DNA of 64,000 nucleotides from an uncultured Bacteroidota bacterium (GCA_963700635.1 CAVOYH010000001.1:320001-384000), one strand, 5' to 3'. Counted from the stretch's first letter, positions 49,829-59,790 are shown. Translations and numbers: made by a program. The notes: generated by a model from the letters alone, not told the origin.

Positions 49829-50410
49829 TCATGGTTGCGTTCCCTGAAGGGCAACTCTCTCCAGAACCGAGTACAACGATCCACTCGGTCGGAGATCACT
49901 TCTCACCAGCAGTATCTCTTGAATCAGAACCGGCGGGCAGTCAAAGGTAATGGATTCCATAGTGGCAAGCAACTCCCCCAGTCCACGGCGGCCCTTCACA
50001 CGGCCAATCGTGACGTGAGGAGAAAACGGGCGTCGTTCCTGCTCAAAACCGCATGTTGACATTGCTCTGTCAATGGAGCGGGCGAGTCCCGCGAGCCTGT
50101 TCTCAGGGTCATGGATCCCGGCCCAGATGATGCGGGGATCCAGGCGGTTGGGAAAACACCCCAGACCCGTGTAGGTGACCATCAGGGGCGCGAAGGCGCG
50201 GCCGATATCCGCCAGCATGGACACAATGGACGGCATTCCCTGACTCTCCGTGTCGCCCAGAAACTTGAGCGTACAGTGAAGTTTATTGTCTGACTCCCAC
50301 TTTACATCGGTATCCAGGGACTTGAGAAGGTCCCGGGTCCGGAAAAGGTCCGGGCGAACGGATTCGGGCGTGTCTATGGCAATAAAAAGGCGAGGCACGG
50401 AGCCCTCCAT
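49829..50410 (-). CDS. thpR: RNA 2',3'-cyclic phosphodiesterase (2H family, LigT)
   Basis: RLFIAI and two HxT motifs (HCTLKFLG, PHVTIGR). Confidence 0.93.
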   Translation of the reverse strand: MEGSVPRLFIAIDTPESVRPDLFRTRDLLKSLDTDVKWESDNKLHCTLKFLGDTESQGMPSIVSMLADIGRAFAPLMVTYTGLGCFPNRLDPRIIWAGIHDPENRLAGLARSIDRAMSTCGFEQERRPFSPHVTIGRVKGRRGLGELLATMESITFDCPPVLIQEILLVRSDLRPSGSLYSVLERVALQGTQP

Positions 50411-50411
50411 A

Positions 50412-51782
50412 CTACTTCAGTATGACCATTCTTTTCTGGTCTGCGTAGCCGGCCGCACGAAGCGAATAGAAGTACGTCCCACCCGGAAGATTCCGTGCGT
50501 CGAAGGTGGCGCGGTGACTCCCCGCCGGCTTCGCTCCGCGCAGAATGGACGCGACTTCCTGTCCGAGGAGATCGTAAACCTGTATCGTTACAAACCCCGG
50601 CACCGGAAGCATAAAATCGATCGTGGTGCTGGGGTTAAAAGGATTGGGATAATTCTGGCCAAGCGAGAAACCGGCAGGGGTGTTCGTCTGTACCGATGTA
50701 ACGATGTAGACCTTCACGGCCTCCGAGTACGTGGACGTGCCATCAAGATCCACCTGGCGCAGGCGGTAGTACCAGATGCCCGGAGATACCGCGTTATCAA
50801 CAAAACTGTATGCCCGGGGTTCAAGGGTCGTGCCGTGACCGGGAACAAACGCGCCGGGCACCTCTGCAAATACGGGACCGGCATCTCCGCGGCGTTCAAT
50901 AAAAAATCCGAAATTATTCAACTCGCTGAGGGTTGTCCACGTCAGCTGCACGCTTTCCTGAACACGCAAAGCGGAGAAGGATGCCAGCTGGACGGGGAGT
51001 AGTGTTTCCGACCAGATATCCGAGATCCGGATCCCGTCAATGTTCGCCGATGGGGTGTTTGAACCCTGCCGGATGACGAAGCGTGCGTTCTCTGTGGGGT
51101 CTGTCGAGTTTGTGCTGGTCTGTGAGACAGTCGCGGGGGGCATGATCGGGCCGGGCTCCGGATTCACCCAGAGTGAAGCGACGTCATTAGTATTCCCTGA
51201 AATGATCTGGTATCCCAGCACAACCAGGTACGTCTCGCCCGGATGTAGAGCTGTTGCATACCATGCCGCGGAGGGGTTGGATGTTGTTGCCCGGACGCCG
51301 AGTTGAAACATGGTGGCAGGAGATCCCTTCCGGATACTGACCCGTCCGACATAGGCCGACGTGCTGTTCCCGGGCAAGAGGGCGGCGAAATAGTCGCCGG
51401 GTTTGCTGGTGTCTGCCGCTAGACCGGTGGTGTTGTCAAGATTGAAAAGAAATGAAACGAATGTTGTTGTCCCGGTCGTAAGCGGGCTGAACGGAGTGTA
51501 CGCGTCTTCGGCGGAAGAAGACGTGGCAACGGTTTGCACCATTCTTCCGAGACCGGAACCCGGATACCCGGCGAAAGAGAGGTTGCCATCAACGACCATC
51601 AGCGCATTTCCTGTCCCGCTGAAGGTCACCCAGGCTCCGCCACTGACATTCGCGCCTTCGTTGAGGTTCGTGAGTGGGCCTGCTGCGTAGTCAAAATTCT
51701 CTGCCAGAATCTGGGCCTGCGCCGGAACAGCCAGCCCTGTCAAAATAATCACAATAATGCCGCGAAGTACCTTGTTGTGCAT
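50412..51782 (-). CDS. T9SS type-A sorting domain (CTD) protein
   Basis: Signal peptide; LPVQLASFSA...LTWTTLSELNNFGFFIERR...YYRLRQVDLDG; QNYPNPFNPSTTI...YFYSL...KRMVILK CTD. Confidence 0.9.
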   Translation of the reverse strand: MHNKVLRGIIVIILTGLAVPAQAQILAENFDYAAGPLTNLNEGANVSGGAWVTFSGTGNALMVVDGNLSFAGYPGSGLGRMVQTVATSSSAEDAYTPFSPLTTGTTTFVSFLFNLDNTTGLAADTSKPGDYFAALLPGNSTSAYVGRVSIRKGSPATMFQLGVRATTSNPSAAWYATALHPGETYLVVLGYQIISGNTNDVASLWVNPEPGPIMPPATVSQTSTNSTDPTENARFVIRQGSNTPSANIDGIRISDIWSETLLPVQLASFSALRVQESVQLTWTTLSELNNFGFFIERRGDAGPVFAEVPGAFVPGHGTTLEPRAYSFVDNAVSPGIWYYRLRQVDLDGTSTYSEAVKVYIVTSVQTNTPAGFSLGQNYPNPFNPSTTIDFMLPVPGFVTIQVYDLLGQEVASILRGAKPAGSHRATFDARNLPGGTYFYSLRAAGYADQKRMVILK

Positions 51783-51864
51783 GAGTCGCTCCCCCCCGCT
51801 GCTTTGTTGTTCGTTCTGTTGTACGATGGCCAGAAACGGGCAATGCCACACCGTTTCGCGGTCG

Positions 51865-54723
51865 TTACCCCCGTGTTGCTCTCTCGACCAGGTAGAGGAT
51901 CGATTGGTACTGCACTCCGCTGTGCAGTGACAGACCGATCTCGCAGGTGCGGCTCGTGGAGTAACCGCCTTCGCAGGTATCGGGGATGCTCTCCTTCAAC
52001 GGCGCGAGCGCGGCGGCGTTGAGTTCGGGCACGGTAAAACCACGGTCTCCTGCCCATCCGCAGCATTCAACGCCCTGCGGCACGATCACCCGTTCCGCAC
52101 ACAATTCGGCAACCTTCTGCAAACGTGACGCCAGCCCCATTTTCTCCGCGCTGCAGGTTGTATGAACCGCCACGGTGATGGGCAGCCGCCTGATCGTCAG
52201 CCGCGGAACCACATGCTCGAGTACAAAATCAACAGGTTCCATCATGCGTATGCCGGAGGTGAAGGTTTCCTTCATCCGGTAGAGGCAGGGGCTCATATCC
52301 ACCAGAACCGGGAGTACGCCGTTCCGGGAGGCGCGGAGCAGTTCCAGTTCCAATTCTTTTGCTTTTGCGTCACCCTGGCGCTTGAACCCTTTGCTGGCGA
52401 ACGCCATGCCGCAGCAGAGTTCATCAACATGATCCGGCACGATCACGTTGATTCCGGCTCTCTGCAGGAGCTCGACGACGACCGCCGGGAGTGATCGCTG
52501 ATCGGCATCATCGCGGGCCGGGCCCATGGTACGATTGATGCAACTCGGGAAATATACTACGGAGGGGGATTCTCCGGCGCGATCAGCAGTCCCGGTCCGC
52601 CCGTCTATGGCCTTCACATGGCCGGGAGTTCGTATCCGGTGCGCTCCGCGGGGCATGGCGGGATTCCAGAGCGGAACCACGCCGCCGGAGAGCGCGCGTA
52701 ACCCCCGGGAAAAGAATGTCATGATAGACGTGCCGATGACACGGTGCACAAAATGAACAAGATCAAGTCCCACGCGCATGACGCCTGTGACCAGAGCCAT
52801 ACGCTCTGCCAGAAGTGTGGCGATACTGTTTGCCGTGGGGCCGTGGTTCTGCAGGCGGAGATCTTTGACCAGTGTTCCGGTATCAATCCCCACCGGACAG
52901 CTTACGGCACACAATCCGTCCGTGGCGCAGGTTTGTTCACCATCATAGACAAATGACTCCTGAAACCGTGCCAGACGCGCCGCGTCCTCACGGGTCGCGT
53001 GCAGACGGGCGATTTCTCTATACGCAACGATCCGCTGCCGGGGAGTGAGCGTCAGCGTCCGCGAAGGGCAGTGTACTTCACAGAACCCGCACTCGATGCA
53101 CTTGTCAATGACGGGGTGCGCCACCGGCATCGGTTTGAAATTCTTGAGGTGTGCCTGAGGATCGGGATTCAGGATCACGCCGGGATTCAACAACCCTTCG
53201 GGATCGAAGATCGTCTTGATTTCCTGCATGAGCGCATAGGCCTCGGCGCCCCATTCCAGTTCGACGAATGGCGCCATGTTCCGGCCCGTTCCATGCTCTG
53301 CCTTCAGGGATCCATCATACGTATGAACAACCATGTGTGAGACGTCGTCGAGGAAGGCCCGGTATCGCTGGACTTCTAACGAGGTGGAGAATTCCTGCGT
53401 AAAGACAAAATGGAGGTTTCCTTCCAGGGCATGTCCGAAGATGATCGCTTCGTCATAGTGGTGTTTGCGGAAGAGCGCCTGAAGGTCGAGGGTTGCCTGG
53501 GCGAGACGGGGGACGGGGAAGGCCACGTCTTCTATAATAACCGTGGTTCCGGATTCACGCATGGCTCCCACCGAGGGAAACAGCCCCTTGCGGATATTCC
53601 AGAGTGCCGTAAACTCGGCCGGATCGGACGTGAATGTAAGGGGACGGACCCTGGGGATATGATCCAGGACAGTCGTGATCTGTTCTATCTGGCCGGCGAG
53701 CATATCTGCTCCGGGCGCGCGGGTTTCCACCAGCAGAGCCGCAACCTGTTCGCCAAGACCTTTGAGGTACTCAGGCATCCCTGCCTTCGATTGTACCGAT
53801 CGCAGGGCAGCGCGATCCATCAACTCCACAGCATCCACCGGCGCCTGCTTTAACACGCTCACTGCCGTACATGCGGTGTGAATATCCGGAAACAGCATCA
53901 ATGCGCTTGCTTTGTGTGGATGCTCGGGGACCGTATGGTATTCGACCTCCGCAATGAACCCGAGTGTGCCTTCGGAACCGATCATCAAGTGCTGAATGAT
54001 GTCGATGGGATCGTCAAAGTCGACGAGGGCGTTCAGACTGTATCCGGTGGTGTTCTTCATCATAAATTTGCGGCGGATACGGTCTGCAAGGGGTTGATTC
54101 GCCTTCACCCGGCTGGCGAGTCCGGCAATAGACGCCAGCATCTGATGATGCGTGACAAGAAACGCTTGAGTGGATTCCCTGGACGTGGTATCAAGAAGTG
54201 AGCCGTCAGCGAAAATGATTCTCATTCCCGAAAGGGTACGATAGCTGTTCTGCGCGGTTCCGCAGCACATCCCGCTGGCGTTGTTGGCGGCAATACCGCC
54301 GATCATGGCTGCGTTGATGGAGGCAGGGTCGGGACCGATCTTTTTTCCGTGTGGCGCGAGATAGATATTGGCATGAGCGCCGATGATGCCCGGCTGAAGG
54401 CGGATCCTGGAGGCATCCTCGTTGATCGACCACCGGTTCCATCGCTCTCCCAGGACAACAAGCAGGGAGTCTGAAATTGCCTGGCCGGACAGGCTCGTCC
54501 CCGCAGCGCGAAATGTCAACGGCAGCATGTTCTTCTCCGCTTCACGGAGGATTATGGCAACTTCTTCTTCTGACTCAACTTTGATAACCAGCCTGGGAAC
54601 GAGCCTGTAGAAGCTGGCATCGGTGCCATAGGCGAGTGTCCGCAACTCATCCTGAATAAGGCGTGCAGGAGGGACGATCATCGAAACAGACTTGTAGAAC
54701 AAGGCGTACTTGTCAGTAAGCAT
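51865..54723 (-). CDS. FAD- and Fe-S-dependent D-lactate dehydrogenase (Dld-II-like)
   Basis: FRAAGTSLSGQ (FAD PCMH), GHALEGNLH, KAEHGTGR, CIECGFCE..CP, CATDGLC...CP and two CCG domains. Confidence 0.88.
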   Translation of the reverse strand: MLTDKYALFYKSVSMIVPPARLIQDELRTLAYGTDASFYRLVPRLVIKVESEEEVAIILREAEKNMLPLTFRAAGTSLSGQAISDSLLVVLGERWNRWSINEDASRIRLQPGIIGAHANIYLAPHGKKIGPDPASINAAMIGGIAANNASGMCCGTAQNSYRTLSGMRIIFADGSLLDTTSRESTQAFLVTHHQMLASIAGLASRVKANQPLADRIRRKFMMKNTTGYSLNALVDFDDPIDIIQHLMIGSEGTLGFIAEVEYHTVPEHPHKASALMLFPDIHTACTAVSVLKQAPVDAVELMDRAALRSVQSKAGMPEYLKGLGEQVAALLVETRAPGADMLAGQIEQITTVLDHIPRVRPLTFTSDPAEFTALWNIRKGLFPSVGAMRESGTTVIIEDVAFPVPRLAQATLDLQALFRKHHYDEAIIFGHALEGNLHFVFTQEFSTSLEVQRYRAFLDDVSHMVVHTYDGSLKAEHGTGRNMAPFVELEWGAEAYALMQEIKTIFDPEGLLNPGVILNPDPQAHLKNFKPMPVAHPVIDKCIECGFCEVHCPSRTLTLTPRQRIVAYREIARLHATREDAARLARFQESFVYDGEQTCATDGLCAVSCPVGIDTGTLVKDLRLQNHGPTANSIATLLAERMALVTGVMRVGLDLVHFVHRVIGTSIMTFFSRGLRALSGGVVPLWNPAMPRGAHRIRTPGHVKAIDGRTGTADRAGESPSVVYFPSCINRTMGPARDDADQRSLPAVVVELLQRAGINVIVPDHVDELCCGMAFASKGFKRQGDAKAKELELELLRASRNGVLPVLVDMSPCLYRMKETFTSGIRMMEPVDFVLEHVVPRLTIRRLPITVAVHTTCSAEKMGLASRLQKVAELCAERVIVPQGVECCGWAGDRGFTVPELNAAALAPLKESIPDTCEGGYSTSRTCEIGLSLHSGVQYQSILYLVERATRG

Positions 54724-54921
54724 GATGGTCTTTCGGGTGGGGATGTATAGGATAAATATAGTAAAAAATAGATGAACTGTCGAACCGGGCTGCGTCTCCC
54801 CACCCTGCTTCTAGTACTACACAACGGAGGCAGATAGTACGAACTTCACACTGTTTGATTCTTTCTGAAAACGGGTGTAGATTGGATCGAAACCAGGAGT
54901 AGTAATAACGGAATCACCGCT

Positions 54922-56535
54922 TTGACCTCTCTCTCCGGCGCAGGAAGCGCACCGCGAAGGCTCGGCATCGTCCTGGTGCTTCTTGTCATACTTCCGCTTG
55001 TGTTCTATAGTGCGTACGAGATTACTGCTCTCTCGGAAGGGGAGGAGCTCATGCGGGAGATGTACCGGCGCCAGCTTGACGCGATCCTTTTTTCCCTCAA
55101 CCAGCATGCATGGGATGTATGTTCGCACTGGGCGACTCAACTCGACGTCACACTCCTCGATAAGGCACAGGCGGATCGTGCTGTGCTGACAGCGTACCTT
55201 GGCCGGACGCCTGCGCTTGAAGCCGTTGTCCTTGCAGATTCCTCACTCAGGCAGCTGACGATCTTCCGTCCGGGCGCAGATACAGCGGGGACACCCGGTC
55301 CCGGCAGAATCCACGAACTGCTCGCAGCGGCGCGGCCCCGGTTGGATGCGCTGCTCCGCTTCCAGCGACTCGATTACAGAAAACTTGAGCCCTTTGTGCT
55401 TCCCGATACCGCTGGTGGTGACGGCCGGATTCTGATTGTGTTTTCCCGGGGGATGTCGCAGGGTGAGCTCGCGTTCGCCGGGCTTCTCTTCCGGGAGCGG
55501 CAGTTTATCGACCGAATAATATCGCCGAAACTGGCTGATGTGTCAGCCGGAGAATTCCTCCTTGGCATCTTCCGCAGGGGAGAGATCCGCCCGGTGACTG
55601 CGTCAGGTCCTGTGCCGGAGCTCTCGGAATTTCAGCGCCGGGACCTGTGGCTTCTCCCCGGGCACGAAATTGGCATCCGGCTCCAGGGGACCACTGTTGA
55701 TGAGGTTGTGCGCGCCCGATTCCAGAGAAATCTTTTCCTGATTGTTGTTCTTGATATCATACTTCTCGCGGGCGCCCTCTTGATCTACCGGAACGTGCGC
55801 ACACAGACGGAGCTTGCACGTGCAAAATCAGCGTTTGTCTCGAATGTCTCCCATGAGCTCCGGACCCCCCTCGCGCTGATCCGGATGTTCGCAGAGACGC
55901 TTGAAATGGGGAGGCTGAAGGATGAGGTGAAGAAGCAGGAGTACTATGCGACCATCGTCCGTGAAGCGGACCGCCTCAGTCATCTTGTGAATACCATCCT
56001 CAACTTCTCGCGCATGGAGGCCGGAAAACGTCCGTATACATTCCGGTCCATTGATCTCAACGAAATTCTCCGGTCCGTCCTTGACACCTACCGGCTTCAT
56101 CTGGAACAACACGGCATCCAGCCGGTGATCGGTTTTTCCGCCGTGCCGGTTCGAATCTCCGCTGACGCCGATGCGGTGACCGAAGCCATCATCAATCTCC
56201 TCGACAACGGCATCAAGTACTCCGGATCATCAAAGTATCTTGCGGCCCGTACGCTTCTGCAGGACGGCAAGGGGGTGGTCGAGATCGAGGATCACGGCAT
56301 CGGGATTGCCCCGGAACATCAGAAAAAGATTTTTGAGGTGTTCTATCGTGTGCCTGCAGGCATGGTCCACGAGACAAAGGGGAGCGGTTTAGGTCTCTCG
56401 CTGGTGAACCATATTCTGACGGCTCACAATGGCACGGTGGAAGTGATCAGCAAAGAGGGAGAGGGAAGCACATTCCGTCTCCTTTTCCCGATTGAGAAAC
56501 CGGATCACAATGAACCAACACGGAAGGACCCGTGA
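54922..56535 (+). CDS. Sensor histidine kinase
   Basis: Two TM helices flank a periplasmic domain; SHELRTPL H-box, NLLDNGIKYS, DHGIGI and GSGLGL motifs. The TTG start is uncertain. Confidence 0.93.
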   Translation: MTSLSGAGSAPRRLGIVLVLLVILPLVFYSAYEITALSEGEELMREMYRRQLDAILFSLNQHAWDVCSHWATQLDVTLLDKAQADRAVLTAYLGRTPALEAVVLADSSLRQLTIFRPGADTAGTPGPGRIHELLAAARPRLDALLRFQRLDYRKLEPFVLPDTAGGDGRILIVFSRGMSQGELAFAGLLFRERQFIDRIISPKLADVSAGEFLLGIFRRGEIRPVTASGPVPELSEFQRRDLWLLPGHEIGIRLQGTTVDEVVRARFQRNLFLIVVLDIILLAGALLIYRNVRTQTELARAKSAFVSNVSHELRTPLALIRMFAETLEMGRLKDEVKKQEYYATIVREADRLSHLVNTILNFSRMEAGKRPYTFRSIDLNEILRSVLDTYRLHLEQHGIQPVIGFSAVPVRISADADAVTEAIINLLDNGIKYSGSSKYLAARTLLQDGKGVVEIEDHGIGIAPEHQKKIFEVFYRVPAGMVHETKGSGLGLSLVNHILTAHNGTVEVISKEGEGSTFRLLFPIEKPDHNEPTRKDP

Positions 56536-57218
56536 TGGAGCAGATTCTCATCATTGAAGACGATCCTTCGATGCAAACCGGCCTGCGTGACAACCTGGAA
56601 CTTGAAGGGTACGCGGTGACGGTGGCAGGTGACGGCAGGGAGGGATTGCGGGTATTGCTGGAGCATCCCCCGGATCTTGTTGTGCTGGATGTTATGCTCC
56701 CTTCGATGTCCGGCTTCGATGTGCTGAAGCAGGCAAGGGCGCGCGGAATCACAGTGCCGGTTATTTTGCTGACTGCCAAAGGTGAGGAGATTGACAAGGT
56801 TCTGGGACTCGAACTTGGGGCCGATGACTACATCACAAAACCATTCAGCCTCCGGGAACTCCTTGCGAGGGTTAAAGCCGTACTCCGGCGCGGACAGAGT
56901 GGCGGGGCTTCAGGGTCGGTTCAGGCCGTCATCGGCCAACTCTCTGTGGATTTCTCCGCGTATGCAGCGCGCCGGGGTGAAACATCCATTGACATGACCC
57001 CGAAAGAGTGTGAAGTCCTGAAGTATCTCTGGGAGCACCGTAACCAGACCGTGAGCCGGGATCAGCTTCTGACGCACGTCTGGGGGTATGATGAGAGTCT
57101 GAGCACACGGACCGTGGATAATTTTATCCTCCGGTTGCGTCAAAAGATTGAAGCCGATCCGGCGCATCCAAAACATATCCTGACAATCCACGGGGCGGGG
57201 TACAAACTTATCGCCTGA
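56532..57218 (+). CDS. OmpR/PhoB-family response regulator
   Basis: IIEDD, LDVMLP, GADDYITKPF and winged-helix RTVDNFILRLRQKIE..GAGY motifs. Confidence 0.96.
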   Translation: MMEQILIIEDDPSMQTGLRDNLELEGYAVTVAGDGREGLRVLLEHPPDLVVLDVMLPSMSGFDVLKQARARGITVPVILLTAKGEEIDKVLGLELGADDYITKPFSLRELLARVKAVLRRGQSGGASGSVQAVIGQLSVDFSAYAARRGETSIDMTPKECEVLKYLWEHRNQTVSRDQLLTHVWGYDESLSTRTVDNFILRLRQKIEADPAHPKHILTIHGAGYKLIA

Positions 57219-57255
57219 GAGACGCCGGTGTGTTCTCCGCACCGGCGATGGTGTC

Positions 57256-57319
57256 TGTGACATCTTGTGACATTTCTTTACGCCGGCGCGACATCTTTGA
57301 AATCGTATGGTCGTACACT
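57256..57319 (+). promoter_or_regulatory. Phased direct repeats (putative OmpR-family operator) and -10 box
   Basis: TGTGACAT at 57256 and 57266, CGCGACAT at 57287, and TACACT -10 at 57314-57319 with no good -35. Confidence 0.6.
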
Positions 57320-57372
57320 GTTCTGCAGGCATCACCGAAGAGCACATTCACCATACGGTTAGGAGGTTAGTC

Positions 57373-57819
57373 ATGAAACGGTTACTCTTGGTCGCGACGG
57401 CAAGCTTGATCGTAACATCAGGCATAATGGCGCAGAATCAATACTTCTCGACAGCGGAGCGCCACAAAGAGGCAAATCTGAAGGATGTGGAAAAACGCTA
57501 CGTGCAGTGCCTTGGGGAGGAAAATGCCGGTGTTGTTCAGTCGGCTCTGGCCCATGCCGTGCATATGAAACTGCTCTTCCCCGCGAGGGAATTCCCGGAT
57601 CTCACGGCAAAAGTGAATTCTCTCGCCGCCACAAGCGGGCTCCCTGCGATCCGGTACAGGGCATATCTATCGAGTCTGGTGTTTGACAATCCGGCCCTCT
57701 TCACTGTCGAACACAAAGCCGCGTACGAAGATCCGGACGACTTGTTCTCGGCTCTCGCCACGCGTGTGCAGGTGACGCTGCTGGGAAAAGGCGAGGGAAA
57801 ATATGTCCGGGCAGAGTAA
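57373..57819 (+). CDS. Hypothetical secreted alpha-helical (HEAT-like) protein
   Basis: AGGAGG SD, signal peptide MKRLLLVATASLIVTSGIMA, helical body. Confidence 0.75.
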   Translation: MKRLLLVATASLIVTSGIMAQNQYFSTAERHKEANLKDVEKRYVQCLGEENAGVVQSALAHAVHMKLLFPAREFPDLTAKVNSLAATSGLPAIRYRAYLSSLVFDNPALFTVEHKAAYEDPDDLFSALATRVQVTLLGKGEGKYVRAE

Positions 57820-57820
57820 G

Positions 57821-58909
57821 ATGACTCCCCTCACCTCAGCCCCCTGGCACAAAACCCTTGCGGCAGTGCTGCCTGGACTCCTTCTTATGCTGTCAGTTTC
57901 GGCATCATTCGGGCAGGATCTCAGAACGGTGCTCGACCTGTGCGGACAATGGAAGTTCGAAGTGGGAGATAATCTGCGCTGGGCCGAGCCTTCATATTCT
58001 GACAAAGACTGGGTATCCATTACGGTGCCGGCACAATGGGAAACCCAGGGATTTCCCGGATACGACGGGTATGCATGGTACCGGCTGACTTTTGATGCTC
58101 CGAAGGAATGGTCTTCCAGGCGTCTCTATCTGGATCTGGGCCTTGTGGATGACGTTGACGAAGTGTTTCTAAACGGAAATTTTATCGGGTGGAATGGGTC
58201 GTTTCCTCCTCATTATATTACAGCCTACAACAATCCGCGTCTTTATCCAATTGTACCCGGCACGCTCATTCCCGGGGAGAAAAACGTCCTGGCGGTAAGG
58301 GTGTACGATAACGAGATGGGGGGTGGAATTATTCGCGGGAACATATCGATTCTCGAGGACATCGCTCCTCTGATTCCTGACCAGTCTCTGGAGGGGTATT
58401 GGAAGTTCAAGACCGGTGATGATCTCGCATGGATCGAGCCGGGTCTGGCCGACAGAAAATGGGAATCGGTCAGAGTGCCTTCTTACTGGGAAACCCAGGG
58501 GCATCGCAACTATGACGGATTCGCCTGGTATCGCCATACCTTCCGGGTTCCTGGACAACTAGCCGGGGAGCGCCTGATTCTCTTCATGGGAAAGATTGAC
58601 GATTTTGATGAAGTGTACCTGAATGGCCAGCGGATCGGTCGTACCGGTAACTTTGGCGGGATCGGCGAAGCGCAGGGACCGGATGATTCATATAGCCAGT
58701 GGCGGGCATACACCATCCCGACCGGGTTGTTACGTTCCAACTCGGACAATGTTCTTGCGGTTCGGGTGCTGGATCGGTTTTGGCACGGGGGTATCTACGA
58801 AGGACCTGTCGGCCTCGTTAGAAGGGACAAATACATGGATTGGGAGTCCAGATCCGCCCAGAAGCAGAAGAAGAGTCCCTGGCGCTTTCTTGAGTGGCTT
58901 TTTGACTAG
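57821..58909 (+). CDS. Secreted protein with two tandem GH2-type sugar-binding (jelly-roll) domains, no catalytic domain seen
   Basis: Duplicated 'L.G.WKF..GD...W..P...D..W....VP..WETQG...YDG.AWYR..F...LG..DD.DEV.LNG...R.Y...N.LAVRV.D...GGI' unit. Confidence 0.8.
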   Translation: MTPLTSAPWHKTLAAVLPGLLLMLSVSASFGQDLRTVLDLCGQWKFEVGDNLRWAEPSYSDKDWVSITVPAQWETQGFPGYDGYAWYRLTFDAPKEWSSRRLYLDLGLVDDVDEVFLNGNFIGWNGSFPPHYITAYNNPRLYPIVPGTLIPGEKNVLAVRVYDNEMGGGIIRGNISILEDIAPLIPDQSLEGYWKFKTGDDLAWIEPGLADRKWESVRVPSYWETQGHRNYDGFAWYRHTFRVPGQLAGERLILFMGKIDDFDEVYLNGQRIGRTGNFGGIGEAQGPDDSYSQWRAYTIPTGLLRSNSDNVLAVRVLDRFWHGGIYEGPVGLVRRDKYMDWESRSAQKQKKSPWRFLEWLFD

Positions 58910-58962
58910 CCTAAAATTTGCTCATCCCTGACTGCAACTTTTTCCCACCGTTTATCGTATTC

Positions 58963-59065
58963 TGACCAACAGTCATTTAATAGGTTAATGTAAATTAATT
59001 GTTCAGGATATTGACAAATGTCTCTTTCTTCCTTAGATTGTCCCGTATAAAATGACTAACAGTCA
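58963..59065 (+). promoter_or_regulatory. Two TetR-type operators flanking sigma70 promoter
   Basis: TGACCAACAGTCA (58963-58975) and TGACTAACAGTCA (59053-59065); TTGACA-17-TAGATT at 59011-59039. Confidence 0.7.
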
Positions 59066-59085
59066 ATAATTAAACGGACGAATAC

Positions 59086-59778
59086 ATGGGAATTCAAGAG
59101 AGAAAAGAGAGAGAAAAAGAAGCCCGCCGGGAGGAGATACTCGCTGCGGCAGAGAAGGTGTTCTTTGAGAAGGGTCTGGCAACGACCACGGTGGATGAGA
59201 TCGCCCAGGCAGCAGAGCTGAGCAAAGGAACCCTCTACCTTTACTACCGAAGCAAAGAAGATCTGTATCTCGCCGTGGCAAGCCGCGGCCTGGAGGTTAT
59301 GCACGAAATGTTTGTGCGCGCCATTTCCACGGATGAACACACCATCAAACGGATCATTAATCTCGAAGAAGCGTACTACCAATTTTTCCAGCGGCATCAG
59401 GACTACTTCAGGATGTTCTACTTTTTCGAGAATCCTCAGTTTCACACAATGGTTTCGAGTGAGATGATGGAGCAGTGCCTGGTAAAGGACAAGCAGATAT
59501 GGGAGTTGGTGTCGGACCTGTTCAAACAGGCTATTCAGGAAGGGTTGTTCCATGCCAGGCTGGAACCTCTGGAGGTGGGCATCATACTCTGGTCCAACGC
59601 GAACGGATTTCTTCGCCTGCTGGACCGGAATGATACACACTGGAACATGGTCATGAATGTTGATCTGCGCAAGACCCTGTGGAAATCCAATGCACTGTTG
59701 CTGGAAGCCATGATGACAGAGGACGCGCAGAAACTGTACGGGAGACTCATCCCGTACTTTGAGCCCAAGGTAACATAA
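59086..59778 (+). CDS. TetR/AcrR family transcriptional regulator
   Basis: [17 protein letters not shown]...[27 protein letters not shown]. Confidence 0.95.
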   Translation: MGIQERKEREKEARREEILAAAEKVFFEKGLATTTVDEIAQAAELSKGTLYLYYRSKEDLYLAVASRGLEVMHEMFVRAISTDEHTIKRIINLEEAYYQFFQRHQDYFRMFYFFENPQFHTMVSSEMMEQCLVKDKQIWELVSDLFKQAIQEGLFHARLEPLEVGIILWSNANGFLRLLDRNDTHWNMVMNVDLRKTLWKSNALLLEAMMTEDAQKLYGRLIPYFEPKVT

Positions 59779-59790
59779 GGAGAAGGAGTA

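Noticed and set aside
57845-57861. TGGCAC...TTGC as a second sigma-54 promoter
   Set aside because: The spacer is 7 rather than 5 bp, and it lies inside a CDS.
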